Positions 49,973 through 64,000 of a DNA stretch of 64,000 nucleotides are shown here, in pieces. A program made the position numbers and the translations under genes. The notes beneath the pieces were generated by a model that saw nothing but the letters and a program-made list of their open reading frames with translations, searched no databases and had not been told where the DNA came from. Source of the DNA: Chlorokybus atmophyticus (taxonomy: Eukaryota > Plantae > Mesostigma and Chlorokybus algae); assembly GCA_009103225.1 (NCBI GenBank), contig RHPI01002568.1, positions 509,742 to 573,741 on the forward strand, given 5' to 3'. The stretch's first letter is position 1. Every line of letters begins with the position of its first letter.

Positions 49973-50968
49973 AAAAATGAGTGGGAGTGGTAGATGTGGA
50001 GCACAGTGTAAGTGCGCGTGTGTGTATGTCTGTCATGTGTAGATGTTTGTAGGTGTAGAGGCGCATTTGCCGGTTTTGGCGTGCTAGTTTGCGGAGGTTG
50101 TTTGTTTGTGTGTAGATGTGCTCGCGTTAGTTGGAGAGTAGCAGAAACGAAAGTAGGGTTATGCCTGAATTGTATTGCTTACCAGTTTGCTGCCGTTGTC
50201 ACATATGTTGTGCACGTGTCGTGATGTGTTTGTGTTGTGCCGCTTCCTCCTCCACTCGCTTGCCTAGCTATCAATGCACTGGTCAACTCATGCGCTTTGC
50301 AGCTGTTTGCTTAGCCAAGTCAATCCTGCAGGTGTTAACCATGCCCATTGCATGAGTCATACGTTTGAGCTGACCAACCAGTCTGAGCGTAGTACAGCAT
50401 GGTACACACGCACAATGTTCGGTTGTCTCTGCTGATCTCTTGATCTTTTAGCACACGGTCACACAGTTTTGAAAGGTATGTGGCGAAACTACTAAGGAAT
50501 GCACCCACCACGACTTGAACATGGATAATTATTGGCAGTACAGCATAGGGTATACAAAGGAACAATTACATCTGATCTGCTACCCAATTCAACTTCTATT
50601 GGTCAGATAGCTATAAAAGGCTGGTACTTTGACACTGCTCAATTCTTCAAGATATTATTGGATTCGGAAACTCCAAAAGCGGATTCTGTGCAGCTGCTGC
50701 CAGTGGCATAACAGTACTCCCAAGCCTCGGTAATTGCAAACTCCTGTGCACAGCTGTGAAGTTTGTCATCTCCGAGGTCTGCACGATGAGCAACAGGATA
50801 GGTCCCATCAGTGTGTGTGCACAACTGAATTCAGCCCTGAACCATACTGGAAATAAGCTCTCCACCTGGCCAAGAGGGGGCATGGTGGAACATGAACAAC
50901 ACTGGCATGCGGTTTGTACCACACCCTGTGCCGAAGACCATCGTCTGCAACTTGAAGCCCAGGCGAGG

Positions 50969-52175
50969 ATGCAGCTAGGCGGGGGTAACCTCCTTGCTGT
51001 TGTTGTGGTAATTGCGGGTGTCCTTGGCAATACTAGGCCCGCTACTGCCTGCGTCCCTATCTTCAATGCCAGCTTCTGTCCTGTAAGAGTGTACCAGTGG
51101 TTCGCGCAGAGTGCACTTGTGGAAAATCATCAGTCTCGAACTGAATAACACCACTCTGGTAACGAATGCAGGTGCTAAACGGGCTTGAGATGTGGTGGTA
51201 AGTGATGAGTCTCAACAGCTAGCTTTGTATGCGCGTGACAATGCGCATGCTTTGGTTGGTGTCAGGCAGCCAAAGGATGTGGAGCGCACGGCAAGGCAGC
51301 GCTGCATTGACATTGTTGCCAATTGCCATGCGGTTGGTGCTAGCTATCACGCCTATCCAATGCATATTGCTCGGTGTTACTGTGTTATACATGTAAGTTG
51401 TATAACTCATCTGGGTATTATGCTTGGACACAGCTGGACATGTTCACTGGCAAAGAGCAGAAGTGCTTCACCTCAATCACCATGGAGGAGTGCGCCTACT
51501 TCATGGTAAGAGCGATTGCCCCAAACTGCGCACACGTACAATCATGATGCAAACACCTTTGCCTGTGCAGTGCTACATGACTGCCCAGGAGGCCATTGGC
51601 CCGTGCGAGGCCGGATGGAACTATGTTGATGCGTTCTTTCCTGCACCACCCTGCAGGCAATCATGACTACACACACAATTGATGACTTCCGCATGTGCCA
51701 TCACATGCAAGTTATCCTGCAACTTCTTATGCACAACAGGAGCCTCTGCCAGAAAATGGAAAGGTGCAAACAGAAACTGGTGGACCCCAAAACTAAACAG
51801 AAGAAGGCAGATCCTGTGGACATATGCAACGCCTTTCCCGAATGCACTCAACAGGTATGTCCTGTCCTGTGTATGTCTTACTTCGCGGGCTCAGTTGGTT
51901 GGGTCAGATTCTGGGTCAGGACTGCGTGTAATGCCATCATCAATGGAACAGCAACACCACTGAAAGGCAACGTGTACCTTCAGTGCCTTCTGTATGCTCT
52001 CACCAACGCTCTTTGCGCTTACGCTTGACAGGATTGCACCAATGTTTGCTTTCAGTGCTCCGACTGCCGCTGGTGCCGTAATGCAGCAACCACCGTGCAT
52101 GCAGCAAGCAGCCGTCTGTTTGCTGTACTGGCGACCGCATTGATACTGGCCTTGCTTGCTGTTGGTATAGCATAA
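50969..52175 (+). CDS. Secreted cysteine-rich Frizzled-like CRD protein with a GPI/TM C-terminus (about 7 exons)
   Basis: Exons 50969-51082, 51172-51197, 51266-51332, 51434-51505, 51571-51656 (GC donor), 51740-51854, 52032-52175. Motifs: ACVPIFNASFCP, CAYFMC, PPCRSLCQKMERC, and the hydrophobic tail RLFAVLATALILALLAVGIA*. Confidence 0.7.
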
Positions 52176-52484
52176 GAGCAGTGTACTCAAGCATGTGCAG
52201 TGTATAACGGGACATGCAGGTTGCATTGTTCTCTCAGAAGTGTGTACTGACTTGCACAAAACCATGCACCAAAGTTGTCAAGGCAACATACATTCTCATC
52301 ATGACCAAAACAGCAGTAGAAGTAGCACACAAGCCCCGCTTGTTCTCCATGAAGCATCTCATTACAAAGAAACTAGAAACTATTATAGCCTGAACTAACA
52401 CCGTTAGCATTATGGTGTTAGGTTACAAGCACTAGACATACTATATATACTTACTGTATGGCTGCTATCCCACCTTATCATATG

Positions 52485-53184
52485 TCAGCTCTCCTCCTCT
52501 CCATAGGCAAGGTGTCTGCCAGTGGCACAGCCCACCACATCCTCACTGGTAGCCCCACAGCAGTCCCAAAACCGCCGCAGACCCTTCTCGCCCATCCCGG
52601 CCTCGATCCCCAAATACTTTGTTGCCTCACCACCCGTAAACAGCTCAGTGTGATACCTGAAAGTGAGAGTATTTGGAAAACACAAGGTTAGCTCTTAAAA
52701 CAACGACTGCATACTTGCCAGTCCCATGCTGCACAGCTTTGAGCGTAAACATTGGTGCGCACACGTCAAGTGCAAACACAAGCCTACCATTCCAACCGCT
52801 CACGAGAGGCAAACAAGTAAAGTTCATGAAACACTTGGGTGGCGTGAGTTACAGTGAAGCAAAACAGGCCAGGGCATGCGCATGACATGAAGCCAATCAG
52901 AATAGCGATACTGTCATCTCTCACCTGCAAGCTTGCGGGCCGTTGGTTTGGGAGTTGTATTGCTGACGACACCGCCGGCACGTGCAAAGGGAAGCAGCAT
53001 CAACAGTGGAAGTTGAAGACTCTCTGCTGCTAAGGCTGGCAGAAGCACTGTCGCTAGTCAAAGCGCAGCATGCTGCTCGCCTTGCGAGGGCATGCGAGGG
53101 CTGTCTGACGTGCTGTTGTTCATCTAACCTCAGCCTTGTGCGGTGAGAGCTTAAGGGAAGCTGCCGTATTGCAAATCCAGCCAT
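52485..53184 (-). CDS. Plastid-targeted small Cys/His-rich protein (Btk-motif-like Zn finger), 2 exons
   Basis: Ser/Ala/Arg-rich transit-like N-terminus, then CRRCRQQYNSQTNGPQAC|RYHTELFTGGE...FWDCCGATSEDVVGCATGRHLAYG. The phase-2 GT-AG intron is consistent. Confidence 0.75.
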
Positions 53185-54831
53185 GCTTGGCGTAGTGAAC
53201 TAAGCACAAACGAAGTAATGTCTGTCAGCAGCAAGTTTGCAAGAATCATGAAGATAGCCAGAACCATTTAACGGAGTGATCGCAGCAGCAGCAGTGCAAT
53301 GCTGCTGCTGCGATCAAATAGCAACATGCTTCGTGAACATAACAGCACGACAGACCCAACCCAAGCTCAGCTTTCAGCACGACAACCACAATCACCAAAG
53401 GGTTGGCTGTCGTAGTCATTAAGACGGACAACACACAGCTGCTCTGCTCTTTCAGCCATACATTTACCACACAGGCACATGCACTCTCAATCTGGGATCA
53501 GTCAAGCACACCTGACACGTCTGAATACACCACCAGCAGGCGCCGCCACTACCGCCTCAAACGCACGCTCACGCTCTAGCTGCCAGCTGGCATTCTAAGC
53601 ACCTTGAACTGATATGCGCACGTTGGCATGGCGCCATCCAGCTGACTCATTTGATTGCAGCAAAGCTGCAGAGTAGCTTGCCTGGCTGGCAGAGACGGCG
53701 GCAGAGGTGGCGGCAGAGGTGGCGGCGGCTGTCGTTGGGGACGGCTGGGCTAACAACCTTGCCCTGGTGGAGCTTTGGCCTGCGTTGCCGTGGACGAACT
53801 TCGTTTGCCATCAAGCCCGGCGTAGCCCACAGGAGCCTAGCTGCAGGTTGAGCCTGTGTCCTTGCTGTGTGCTTGGTTAAGGGTTTACTTACTTGCGTTG
53901 CTTGAGGAATAAGTTGCTGCTTCACCTTTATCAAGTGTTGCATTGTTAGCTTCGCTGCATGTGCCCTCCATGAATGAGATTGCGTCCACCTTGTGGGTAA
54001 CAGGGGTGCAAGCGTTCTCTGCGGAGTTGGAGAGGAGCTACTAGCTCCAAACCATAGGGCAGCTGACCGGCTGCGAAGGATGGACGCTTCCACAGCTCAT
54101 CCAGCAGCAGCGGAGTGAGTACACTGCGTTCAAAAACAATTGGTTGCAAAACAAATGCGGCAATGCGTTCATTGACACATTGGTTTGCCGTAAAGTACAC
54201 GCAATTATCTGTCGCAGATAATGTCTACTGACTGTTTTGCTGCACAGCCATAAAAAACATCTTCATCAAGCATGCAGTTAAACTGTCCATCACATTGTCC
54301 ATCACACTCACCATTGCTCATATGTGCGACATAAAACATGCACACGATAGTGCAGTTAAATTCTGTTTTACATACACCATGCACATACTGGTCTGACTCA
54401 AGCAATTGACTGTATTAAGCAACTGGACTGAAGGCTGCCGGTAGCGGTAGACACCTGTATATCATCTGCATAATGTTCTCTTTGAACATGTATTGTCCGC
54501 GCCAGCTGCTGTCCTGCAACACACTTACATTGCAATAACCTGCGGCAAGCTTTGGCAACCGCAACTGCTAGCTCACTCATGCAAAGTTTGCTACACTTGC
54601 TGCAAGTTGATGTTGACGGGTAGCACTAGCATGTAATGCAGACCGCGCACACACACGCCTGCGCGCGCGCACAAATGCATCTGCTAACGTTTCAGTGGTG
54701 GTGCTGGTGTTGTGTCTATGCGTGTACGGTTGCGCGCACACTCACCAACAGTCTGCGTCACTTCGCGACCTGGTAGTGGCGGTTTTGGGCTTGGCAGAGT
54801 CTGCAAGTTGCTTAACTGCTGATAATGCAGG

Positions 54832-57800
54832 AGAGAGTTTGACCTTCAGTTGGCGGCCCTGACCTTGGAGGACGAGTACCCGGATGTGCCAGCTGATGTG
54901 ATCGCGAAGAACTTGGCGTCCGCGTGTGGGGATATGAACGCAGCGCGCTCTTCACTTGAAGAGCTGACACATGCTCCCCCAGACTTGCCCAGTGAAAGTA
55001 GCCAGCATCGCAACTGGTGGCCGGCCTGGCCCGAAACACAACTCAATGACAATGTTGCCAAAGCGCAGCAGGAGCTGAGCCATGTGGATGACGACGATGC
55101 TATTGATAGCGTATGCCAGGTGAGCTACTGATGCTCGTAATGGTATGTGCATGACAGTCCACTTTGACATGGTGATCATCATCACTAGCGGGTGCCATCA
55201 GCCGCAGCAGTAGCAGCTGTTCAATACATGTTGTTTGCAACATGCATGCCAGCTTGAGCACTGTCCCAAGCACATACACAGTACATGGGCTGAATTTTCC
55301 GAATGGCACAGGCATTGGAGTCTGCTTTCTACCCGCTGGACGCGTACACAATCCGTGCAGTGCTTGAAGCGCGCAGCATGGATGTCCCTGGCACAATGGA
55401 AACGCTCAGAGAGCTCCTTGGGCCGGAGGGTGTCATTGATGAAGAGTTGGTAATCGCCATCTTACAAAACGTTGCCCCAAAGCATGCCACGACAGAGTCA
55501 CAGATGCACCATAAGGCAAGACCCGAAACAACATTGCCACAATGCCCTGCTCCTGCTCCTGTTCCTGTTCCCGCGCTTACATCTCAACAAGGTACGTACA
55601 TCAAACTTCAAAGCGGCATACGTTTATTCAGTGCAATACAGTAAGCAACGTACTGCCTGTTGCACTGTGCACTGTTGCCAGGCATTTGCTGTGTGCATGT
55701 ACAACATCAAGTTCTCCCGTTGTGTGCAGATGTAAGCAAGGAGGACGCTTCATCAGTATCCTCGCATGTGCTCGCAGTAGCGGAGCTGGCCGAGTTTTTT
55801 CCAGCACTTCCGCAGTCTGCTGTGTCGCTCGCTCTCGCGCGCAATGGAGGTGATGTTCATGCGGCCTCTGAGACCCTATTGAAGATGCATGCGTCAACAC
55901 CAAGCACAATGCAAGAACATGTGTTGGATGGCAACAGCGCCTCACTCAGGTAATCGAGAAGTTGCATTGCTTCTGCATGCTGCCATGCAAGTACACACTT
56001 GGAGTGAGCACCAGGCAGCTGTCATAAGTACAGGCAGTAGCAGCTGCTGCTTGCCAGCATAAAGCATAGCTACCAGCGTGATAATGACAAAGCTTCTGCC
56101 ATGCAGTGCACCGACTTCTCCCACACCTGAGCAAGCTGTGCAGCGTGTTATACGAGTGCCATCAACTGCATCGCGCTCTCTGCCGGCCTCACCGCATCTA
56201 GGCCGGAATGTGAATAAAGATGGCAACACTGGCAGGGATGCTGCCATGCAGAAAGGCTTTGTTCTTGGTCAATCTAATGCATCTTTCACTCCATTGACCT
56301 TCAAGCCATCCGTGCCAGTCCCATTCAGAGTTGCAGCGCATTCCGGGCTGAAAAACAAAGCATTGCCGCCTCCGCCAGCTACTGCGTTTCCTCCACTGAT
56401 TGTAGGAGATACGGTTGCAAGACTGGCCACGTACGGTCACATGGACTCTGTGAATGAGTTGGTTGCCTACGTCGATGACCAGGATGCGGGCTTCTCCACA
56501 AAAATTGGCGAACTGCAGGTTAGTGCCACTCTTATAGTATCTGCGTGCATCTCTTTTGCCATGTTGCTTTCCTTGCTTTCTGACTGTGTTTTTTGGTTTG
56601 CAGGAATATTTCCCTGTGTTGCCACTGGATATTGTTGAGTCAGCACTAGCGGCACATCAGGGTAACATTCAGGTATGGCCATGTTCACTGGCATACGACA
56701 ACTTGGATCCTTTTGCATATAAGCCATTGTGCGTGCAGCTGCAGTCTTGTGTACATCGCCCGCCATCAATGACATATTGCAGAGACCTCAAACAGATTTG
56801 CTTGCAGGCTGCATCTGAAGCGCTAGCGGAGCTTATAGATGAGGAGGGTACTATCACACACTGGAGTGAGGTTTCAAAGTCTTACGTAGACATGGCAAAG
56901 CTTCATCAAGAGGATGCAGACATAGCCGCCGCTGTAGCTGCATCGCTTGCTGATGCCGAGTCCAGTCGCGTTCGGCAGTATATAATGAAGGTGAGCAAGT
57001 GGTGGCCGAACATTTGATGCAGCTAGTTTTTCTAACAAATGTCTGCCATGCAGGAACAAGCACGCTTACAGGCAATAGAGGAAGAGCGGTGGCGCAGTGG
57101 GCATGCAAAGGATCAGCTGCAGGAGAATAAGCATGTACACCCAAAATCCACTATGAATGACTTCTATGTCTGGCAAACGGTGAGCGCTGATGATGGTCGT
57201 CATTAATGTAAGTGTTTTCATGGTATGTGGCAGTCTGCTGATGAACTTGTGTACATATTCCAGGTTAAGACAAAAGGGAGTTCTCGCAACACTGAATGTG
57301 ATCCTGCTACAGCATTGATGCGAAAGGCATTGTCACCCCCGCAAGAATACTGGCGTCAAGCAGGTACACATTTTGTGTTACTTGAGTATGTGACGCTCCG
57401 TTGCACAATTAACTTGTCACTACCTGTCAGGGCTAGCACGTCAAGCCAGAAATGCTTATTATAAACGCGCAAATGCCGCTTATGACGGCGGCGACACGGC
57501 ACTTGCGGGCCAGCTGTCTGCGAAGGTGCATGTTGTTGCGCGCCATCAACACGGTTTTTTTTGGGGCAATCTTTCACCAACACCGCTTGTTGTGCATGAA
57601 CAGGGCAGAGAGCATGACGAGCGGTATAGAGAGCTGATGGGTATTGCCCAGCAGTCCGCATTTATCAACAACAACTGTAAGACATGTTTTCCACAGTGCA
57701 CATGCCTACACAGCAACCTTCCCAGCTTACATGTCGTTACCTGGTGTCTTGCACAGCTCAACTAGGAAACCTGGTCAAGCTTGACCTTCATGGACTGACG

Positions 57801-58177
57801 GTGGCCGAGGCATTGGACACTTTGGAAAAATATCTGGACAAGCTCTCATGTTTGGGTATGGAGTGGTGCTGCGCCTTGCCCATCATAAACCGCTGGTGTT
57901 AATGCATGTACGCTTGCAGGTGCAACTATGACGCTGTCCGTCATTACGGGAGTAGGCAAGCATAGTGTAAACGGGCGAGCGCGCATTCTTCCATCCGTGG
58001 TATGAATTGCTTGGTTGTTTGTGTGGGTGTTGATATTGACCCTGCGTTGTACTGAAGTTGATATCGATTGTGGGTATGCAGTTGAACTTCCTGAAGGATC
58101 ACCAGATGAAGTGGTTCATGCCTCAAGCAGGTGTTGTGAACATATTGATCAACCAGGAACCGCCAGGGTACAGATAA
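54832..58177 (+). CDS. Multi-CUE + DUF1771 + Smr domain protein (Cue2/NONU-1/N4BP2-like endonuclease)
   Basis: Four CUE-like repeats (LEDEYPDVPADVI, LESAFYPLDAYTIRAVL, LAEFFPALPQSAVSLAL, LQEYFPVLPLDIVESAL), a helical AYDGGDTALAGQLSAKGREH segment, and Smr motifs LDLHGLTVAEA and VITGVGKHS. The start codon is not resolved; 54832 is the first in-frame codon after an acceptor. Confidence 0.82.
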
Positions 58178-58693
58178 CAGTTGCACCAGCGCTGTGAGCA
58201 GGTCTGTTACAGTTTGACAATAGGCGTGTTGTGTTCATGGGGTTAGTTTTGTGATTAGATTGTGTATTAGGTTAGGTTACCATCAGTAGTAGGGTTGGTT
58301 GTGGAGGTTTAGCAATTCACGATGCTAGCAACAACATTGCAGTGCTGGGCACAGATTGTCTGGGTATGGTATGTTGTGAGCCAGCCTGGAAATGCAGGAT
58401 CGCTTCTATGTATGACGAAAGCGCTGCCTTCATCGCAATAGAGAACTGTTGACAAAGCCAATTATAAAACGGCGAACAGCATTAGCCACAGAGTGCACCG
58501 GCGTACAATGTACGCTCTCATAACGCTGGCACACAATATACCATTGACATGGCATGCACAATGCACATTGCTCAGTGACATGTACAGAACACAGCATTGA
58601 TGTACAACTGCAAAAATATGTGTCTAAAGTTTGCGCTCGCCTCGCAAGGTGCCAGCACCATGACAGACCCGTAAGATTCTCCTTTATACACTG

Positions 58694-60032
58694 CTATCTT
58701 AATCGCGATAGTATGAGGAGGCCAACTATGCTGAAGCAGCAGGAAGCCACAACCGCCACAACCAGCACAAAGGCCGCGAACTGGTTGGGTAATCTCAGCC
58801 TCGCCTGCATCTTGTTCAGCAACTTGTCCACGGCGGGTGCCAGAGCGGCGGCAGCGGCAACTCTGAAAGGCCTGCAAGCATGGTCTCTTTGTACGTTGTC
58901 AAGGTAACATCTGACAATTTGACCTGCCTGTTGTGCCATTGTTGGGAGTGAAGTTGACACAGATGCGCGCGCGCGCACATGCATTCAATACTACACATGC
59001 ATGCACTTACCGTGTCACATTGTTGCCCGCCCACATCAGAACAACAACCTGCCGTGTATATAAGCAGCAAAACATATCAGAGCTCACATGCAACACACCG
59101 CTTGCAGCGACAAGTTTGCCATTAACTGTGTGTGCAATGCGCAAAAGTAGCATTGCAAACCAGCCACGTGCACTCACCCCTGCGAGATCTTTCAGGTTTC
59201 TCGCTGGATTTAATCCCATAGTCCTCTCATAAGTCAAGAAAGCCAGGACAAAAGCCGCCGTGTACGTCACGCCATCAAAAAAGCCATACGTGAGGATGGC
59301 GGACAGACCCAGTTTGGCAACACGAGCCCGCAGCTCTCCCGTTGCTTGCTATCCATGGTCAAAAACTATACTTGTAAGGAACATATTACACCTCTTTACT
59401 TTGCTGCTTGTTGCTGACAAACGCCATACAATCGCAATGCATGACAGAATAGACGAACAGACTGTGTGTTATCTTTTTTTGTCAGCGCGTGCACATACAC
59501 CCACGCATGCTGATACATGCATATGCACACGCACACACATACCCACAAGTTGCAATAATCTAACGCTGTTTACGGGGAAGTGCGCACCTGCTGACGCTTG
59601 AACCAAGTGATGACACGCTGCACTGATGAGGGCTCCTGAGTACAACGACAGGCATGAACACACCGCCAGATTAATGTTGTCATCTCTTACAGTTGCACCA
59701 GTCTGCCACAATCCACCATCAACTCTAACTTGTTACGACACCTGGGGATAATCACGGGAGGAGCTGGCGGCCGCCTCTTCCAGAGCGTCATTGGCGTCTG
59801 CATTGGGGTTACTGAAGTTTGAGGAAGCGCCAGCGCCAGCGCCAGCGGAGAGGCTGGCAAAGACTGCATTGTGTCTCAGTTTTCGCCGCTGCAGGGCGGA
59901 AGCTAACTCTAGTCTGCTCGACCCTTGCCTCTGCGTTTTGGTGCTGCAAAGCGTCAACGGCGGATGTGATAGCGATCGCAACCGTCCTGCGCAGCACGGC
60001 AACGTTGCCGACAACGCCGCCGACGCCGCCAT
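58694..60032 (-). CDS. Conserved green-lineage plastid membrane protein of unknown function (DUF1279/FAM210-like)
   Basis: Transit-like MAASAALSATL..., then LGLSAILTYGFFDGVTYTAAFVLAFLTYERTMGLNPARNLKDLAG|VVVLMWAGNNVTR|PFRVAAAAALAPAVDKLL...LLILSRLR*. The middle exons are only partly resolved. Confidence 0.75.
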
Positions 60033-60791
60033 TATGCACGACGACTGCTCTGCGCTCGACCTGCTTGGTACGAGCGCAGAGTTGAACAAGTGTTACGTTA
60101 AGAGAAGCGCGGGCGCGCATTCGGCGTGTACAAGTTGCATCATCATCAGTACCATTTGCATGATGCGTGCTTGCAGAGTGATTGGCACACGTTGAATACT
60201 TTATCTAATAGGCTGTGCCACGCATGCGCAAACATGCCGATGCAAACACTCCAGCCAGGCCAGCAAACAAGCTGCACTGGGTGACTTACAAACACACAAC
60301 GAAGTAGTGGCATGATGCAAGCAAAGTACATACGTTGCCGCGAAAGGGGTGGGCTGTTGTTGGCGACGGATGACGTCGCCGGTTTCGGCACCCGCAGGTG
60401 TTCAATGAATCAACCATGATGGCTTAGGTCTTCATGGTGAATGGGGAAAGGCCTGTATTGATTCGCGATAGCGCATCAGTAATTGCAACATTCAGCGATT
60501 TCGCCGATGTCACTGCNCCGACAATAGTACAACGACAACGACGACGATGCCAATGACAACAACGTGGTCTGTAAGCATGTTCCTGTCAAGTTGATCATGA
60601 TAGCAACATGCTTTAAATGCCACTTAGTCTATTACTTCGCAGCCGCACATTATGCCAACAAACGACCATCGCGCTGAACTAGCTCTTTCGCCATCTACCC
60701 TAAGTCCAACCATATTTGTGCATCGCCGTAGCTTTACCTGCCAGCGGGGCGGCTTCGTGTTAATGCCAATATTGGTGATCGCATGCATTCA

Positions 60792-60795
<4 letters not shown>

Positions 60796-60855
<60 letters not shown>
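60796..60855. repeat. (GA)n microsatellite
   Basis: About 30 GA units. Confidence 0.95.
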
Positions 60856-60858
<3 letters not shown>

Positions 60859-62418
60859 TCCTCTCTTATTATCTTCATGTGCACTACCTAACTACTGTGG
60901 GTTGCATCACGCATGCGCAACTTTCAACTTACATACTTATGGAACCCGGTCTGGCTTAGTTCACTCGTGTGTTAGACTAGCTATTACGTTGTGTTGCATA
61001 TGCATACCAAAGAATCAATGTGGCATGTCTTCTTGCATTCCAGGCCCATATATGTTGAGATCAAACAATACCTACGTCAACGTTAATGTTTTGCGCAATG
61101 CAAATTGCGTGATTGATATTATTATTATTATCGAAACGGAGTGCTTAGAGCTTTGTGCTTGCACTCCGATACAATTACATGATAATAAGTATGTAAACGA
61201 ACATGGTACTATTGATACTTGATTATATGGCATGCTCGATTATCATAATCCGATTTATGAAATGCACGACAAAGCATTCTTATTAGCCATACCCCACTTT
61301 GCTCAATTATACATTTGATGAACATAATCAACAGATAATGTATAATATAAAGCAGCTTGTTTGCGTTAATGCGTCGGCCCAGCAGGGATAATGCTTTTGC
61401 TTACAAGCAGGATGTGTGTGTTAAAAATGATAGTGTTTGCATTCTTACTTTTTCAAGCTCGAGACAACAAAAAGTAACAATTGCGACATGCTTCAGGAAA
61501 AAGATAGTACCCTAACTTTAAGTCATCAACTCTACCAATGTGATTATTGTGAGAAAATTTTGGTTTGCTGTAATAATAATATGATGAAGGCAACAGTATT
61601 TGCGCAAAGCCGATTTATCATCATCCTGAATGTTAAAAGCGTTTAAGCTCAATCGATCAACATGTCCCGCACATGCACAAAACGAAACGTCAACTTGCAC
61701 AGTTATAGGATTTGTCCATATCAAGAGCATATACTGTATGGACTCCATCAAAGGCCCCCCTCACATAAAGTCCTCTATCAATGGAAGTACTGGTTAGCTA
61801 AACTCACTTCGTCCTTAGTTAAGGGGGGAGGTTTATACAAAATATGGTGGACTTTATTGGAGTAAATACGGTAAGCGACAGATGATGTCACCAGCTTACA
61901 CATCGACACCTTGGCTCATGTTTTCAGCTTCATGCATCTAATTACACCGGAAAGCCGCCGGTACACGTGGCGAGGCCACGGCGCCTCCCAACCGTTATGG
62001 CACGTGGCATTCGACTTCACCTCGGAGACGACGCAACAACAACATCGAGGGTCGACGACCCCCTACCTGGCCACACTAACCGGAATTCTGCTTGACGTAT
62101 TGACACTTATGTCAACCTTACTAACCAGATCTACGCGTGCAGTCACGCCTTCAGTTGACCAGAAGTACGTTATACTGACGGAGGTCGCGCGCAACAGGTT
62201 AACACAGGACAAAGTAAACACGCCACAACCCGAGCATTGCATGACTGTATGTTGTTATAACAATTCACCATCCGTCACTTGGTGTTTGACTGCGCCCTGC
62301 CACGGTGGCAGTTGTTGATATTATTATTGGCTTTTACGTGGGCCAGGGTGGAAGCTTTAAGGTTTGGTAAGAGAGAGGGCAGAGAGAGAAGAGGGGCGGC
62401 GCAACCCTCTCGGCAAGG

Positions 62419-63976
<1,558 letters not shown>

Positions 63977-64000
63977 TGAAGATAACTGTTGCACAACAGC

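Noticed and set aside
60200-62320. Hidden gene or element upstream of the GPRP gene
   Set aside because: AT-rich sequence with only short motif-less ORFs; no terminal repeats were seen.

Overview
Intron-rich eukaryotic nuclear DNA from a compact green-lineage genome. Plant-type WEE1, CDPK, steroleosin-like SDRs, FKBP17-2 and a plant tRNA-iMet primer site suggest a streptophyte green alga (inference). The ORF track is mostly noise from CA/TG-rich introns, so I assembled gene models by hand from GT/GC-AG junctions and frame continuity. Positions 1-5.6 kb hold retroelement debris: an orphan antisense ORF, a decayed Ty1/copia 5' end and an assembly gap. About 18 spliced genes follow: two convergent steroleosin/11-beta-HSD-like SDR paralogs, a CDPK, EMC8/9, a NagZ-type GH3, FKBP17-2, YAE1, a small multidrug-export-family membrane protein, an unknown Zn-finger-like protein head-to-head with WEE1, SPCS1 head-to-head with an oligopeptidase B-like peptidase, a modular secreted GH79, a Frizzled-like CRD protein, a plastid Btk-motif-like protein, a multi-CUE/Smr (Cue2-like) nuclease, a plastid membrane protein and a GPRP. 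The most interesting leads are: (1) a spliced bacterial-type NagZ with a predicted C-terminal membrane tail, whose TGA overlaps an ATG (ATGA) that may open a second cistron; (2) a GH79 + extensin-like rod + bacterial-style beta-sandwich chimera; (3) a GPI-type Frizzled-like CRD protein in a lineage without Wnt. No database search was run; all family calls come from motif recognition.
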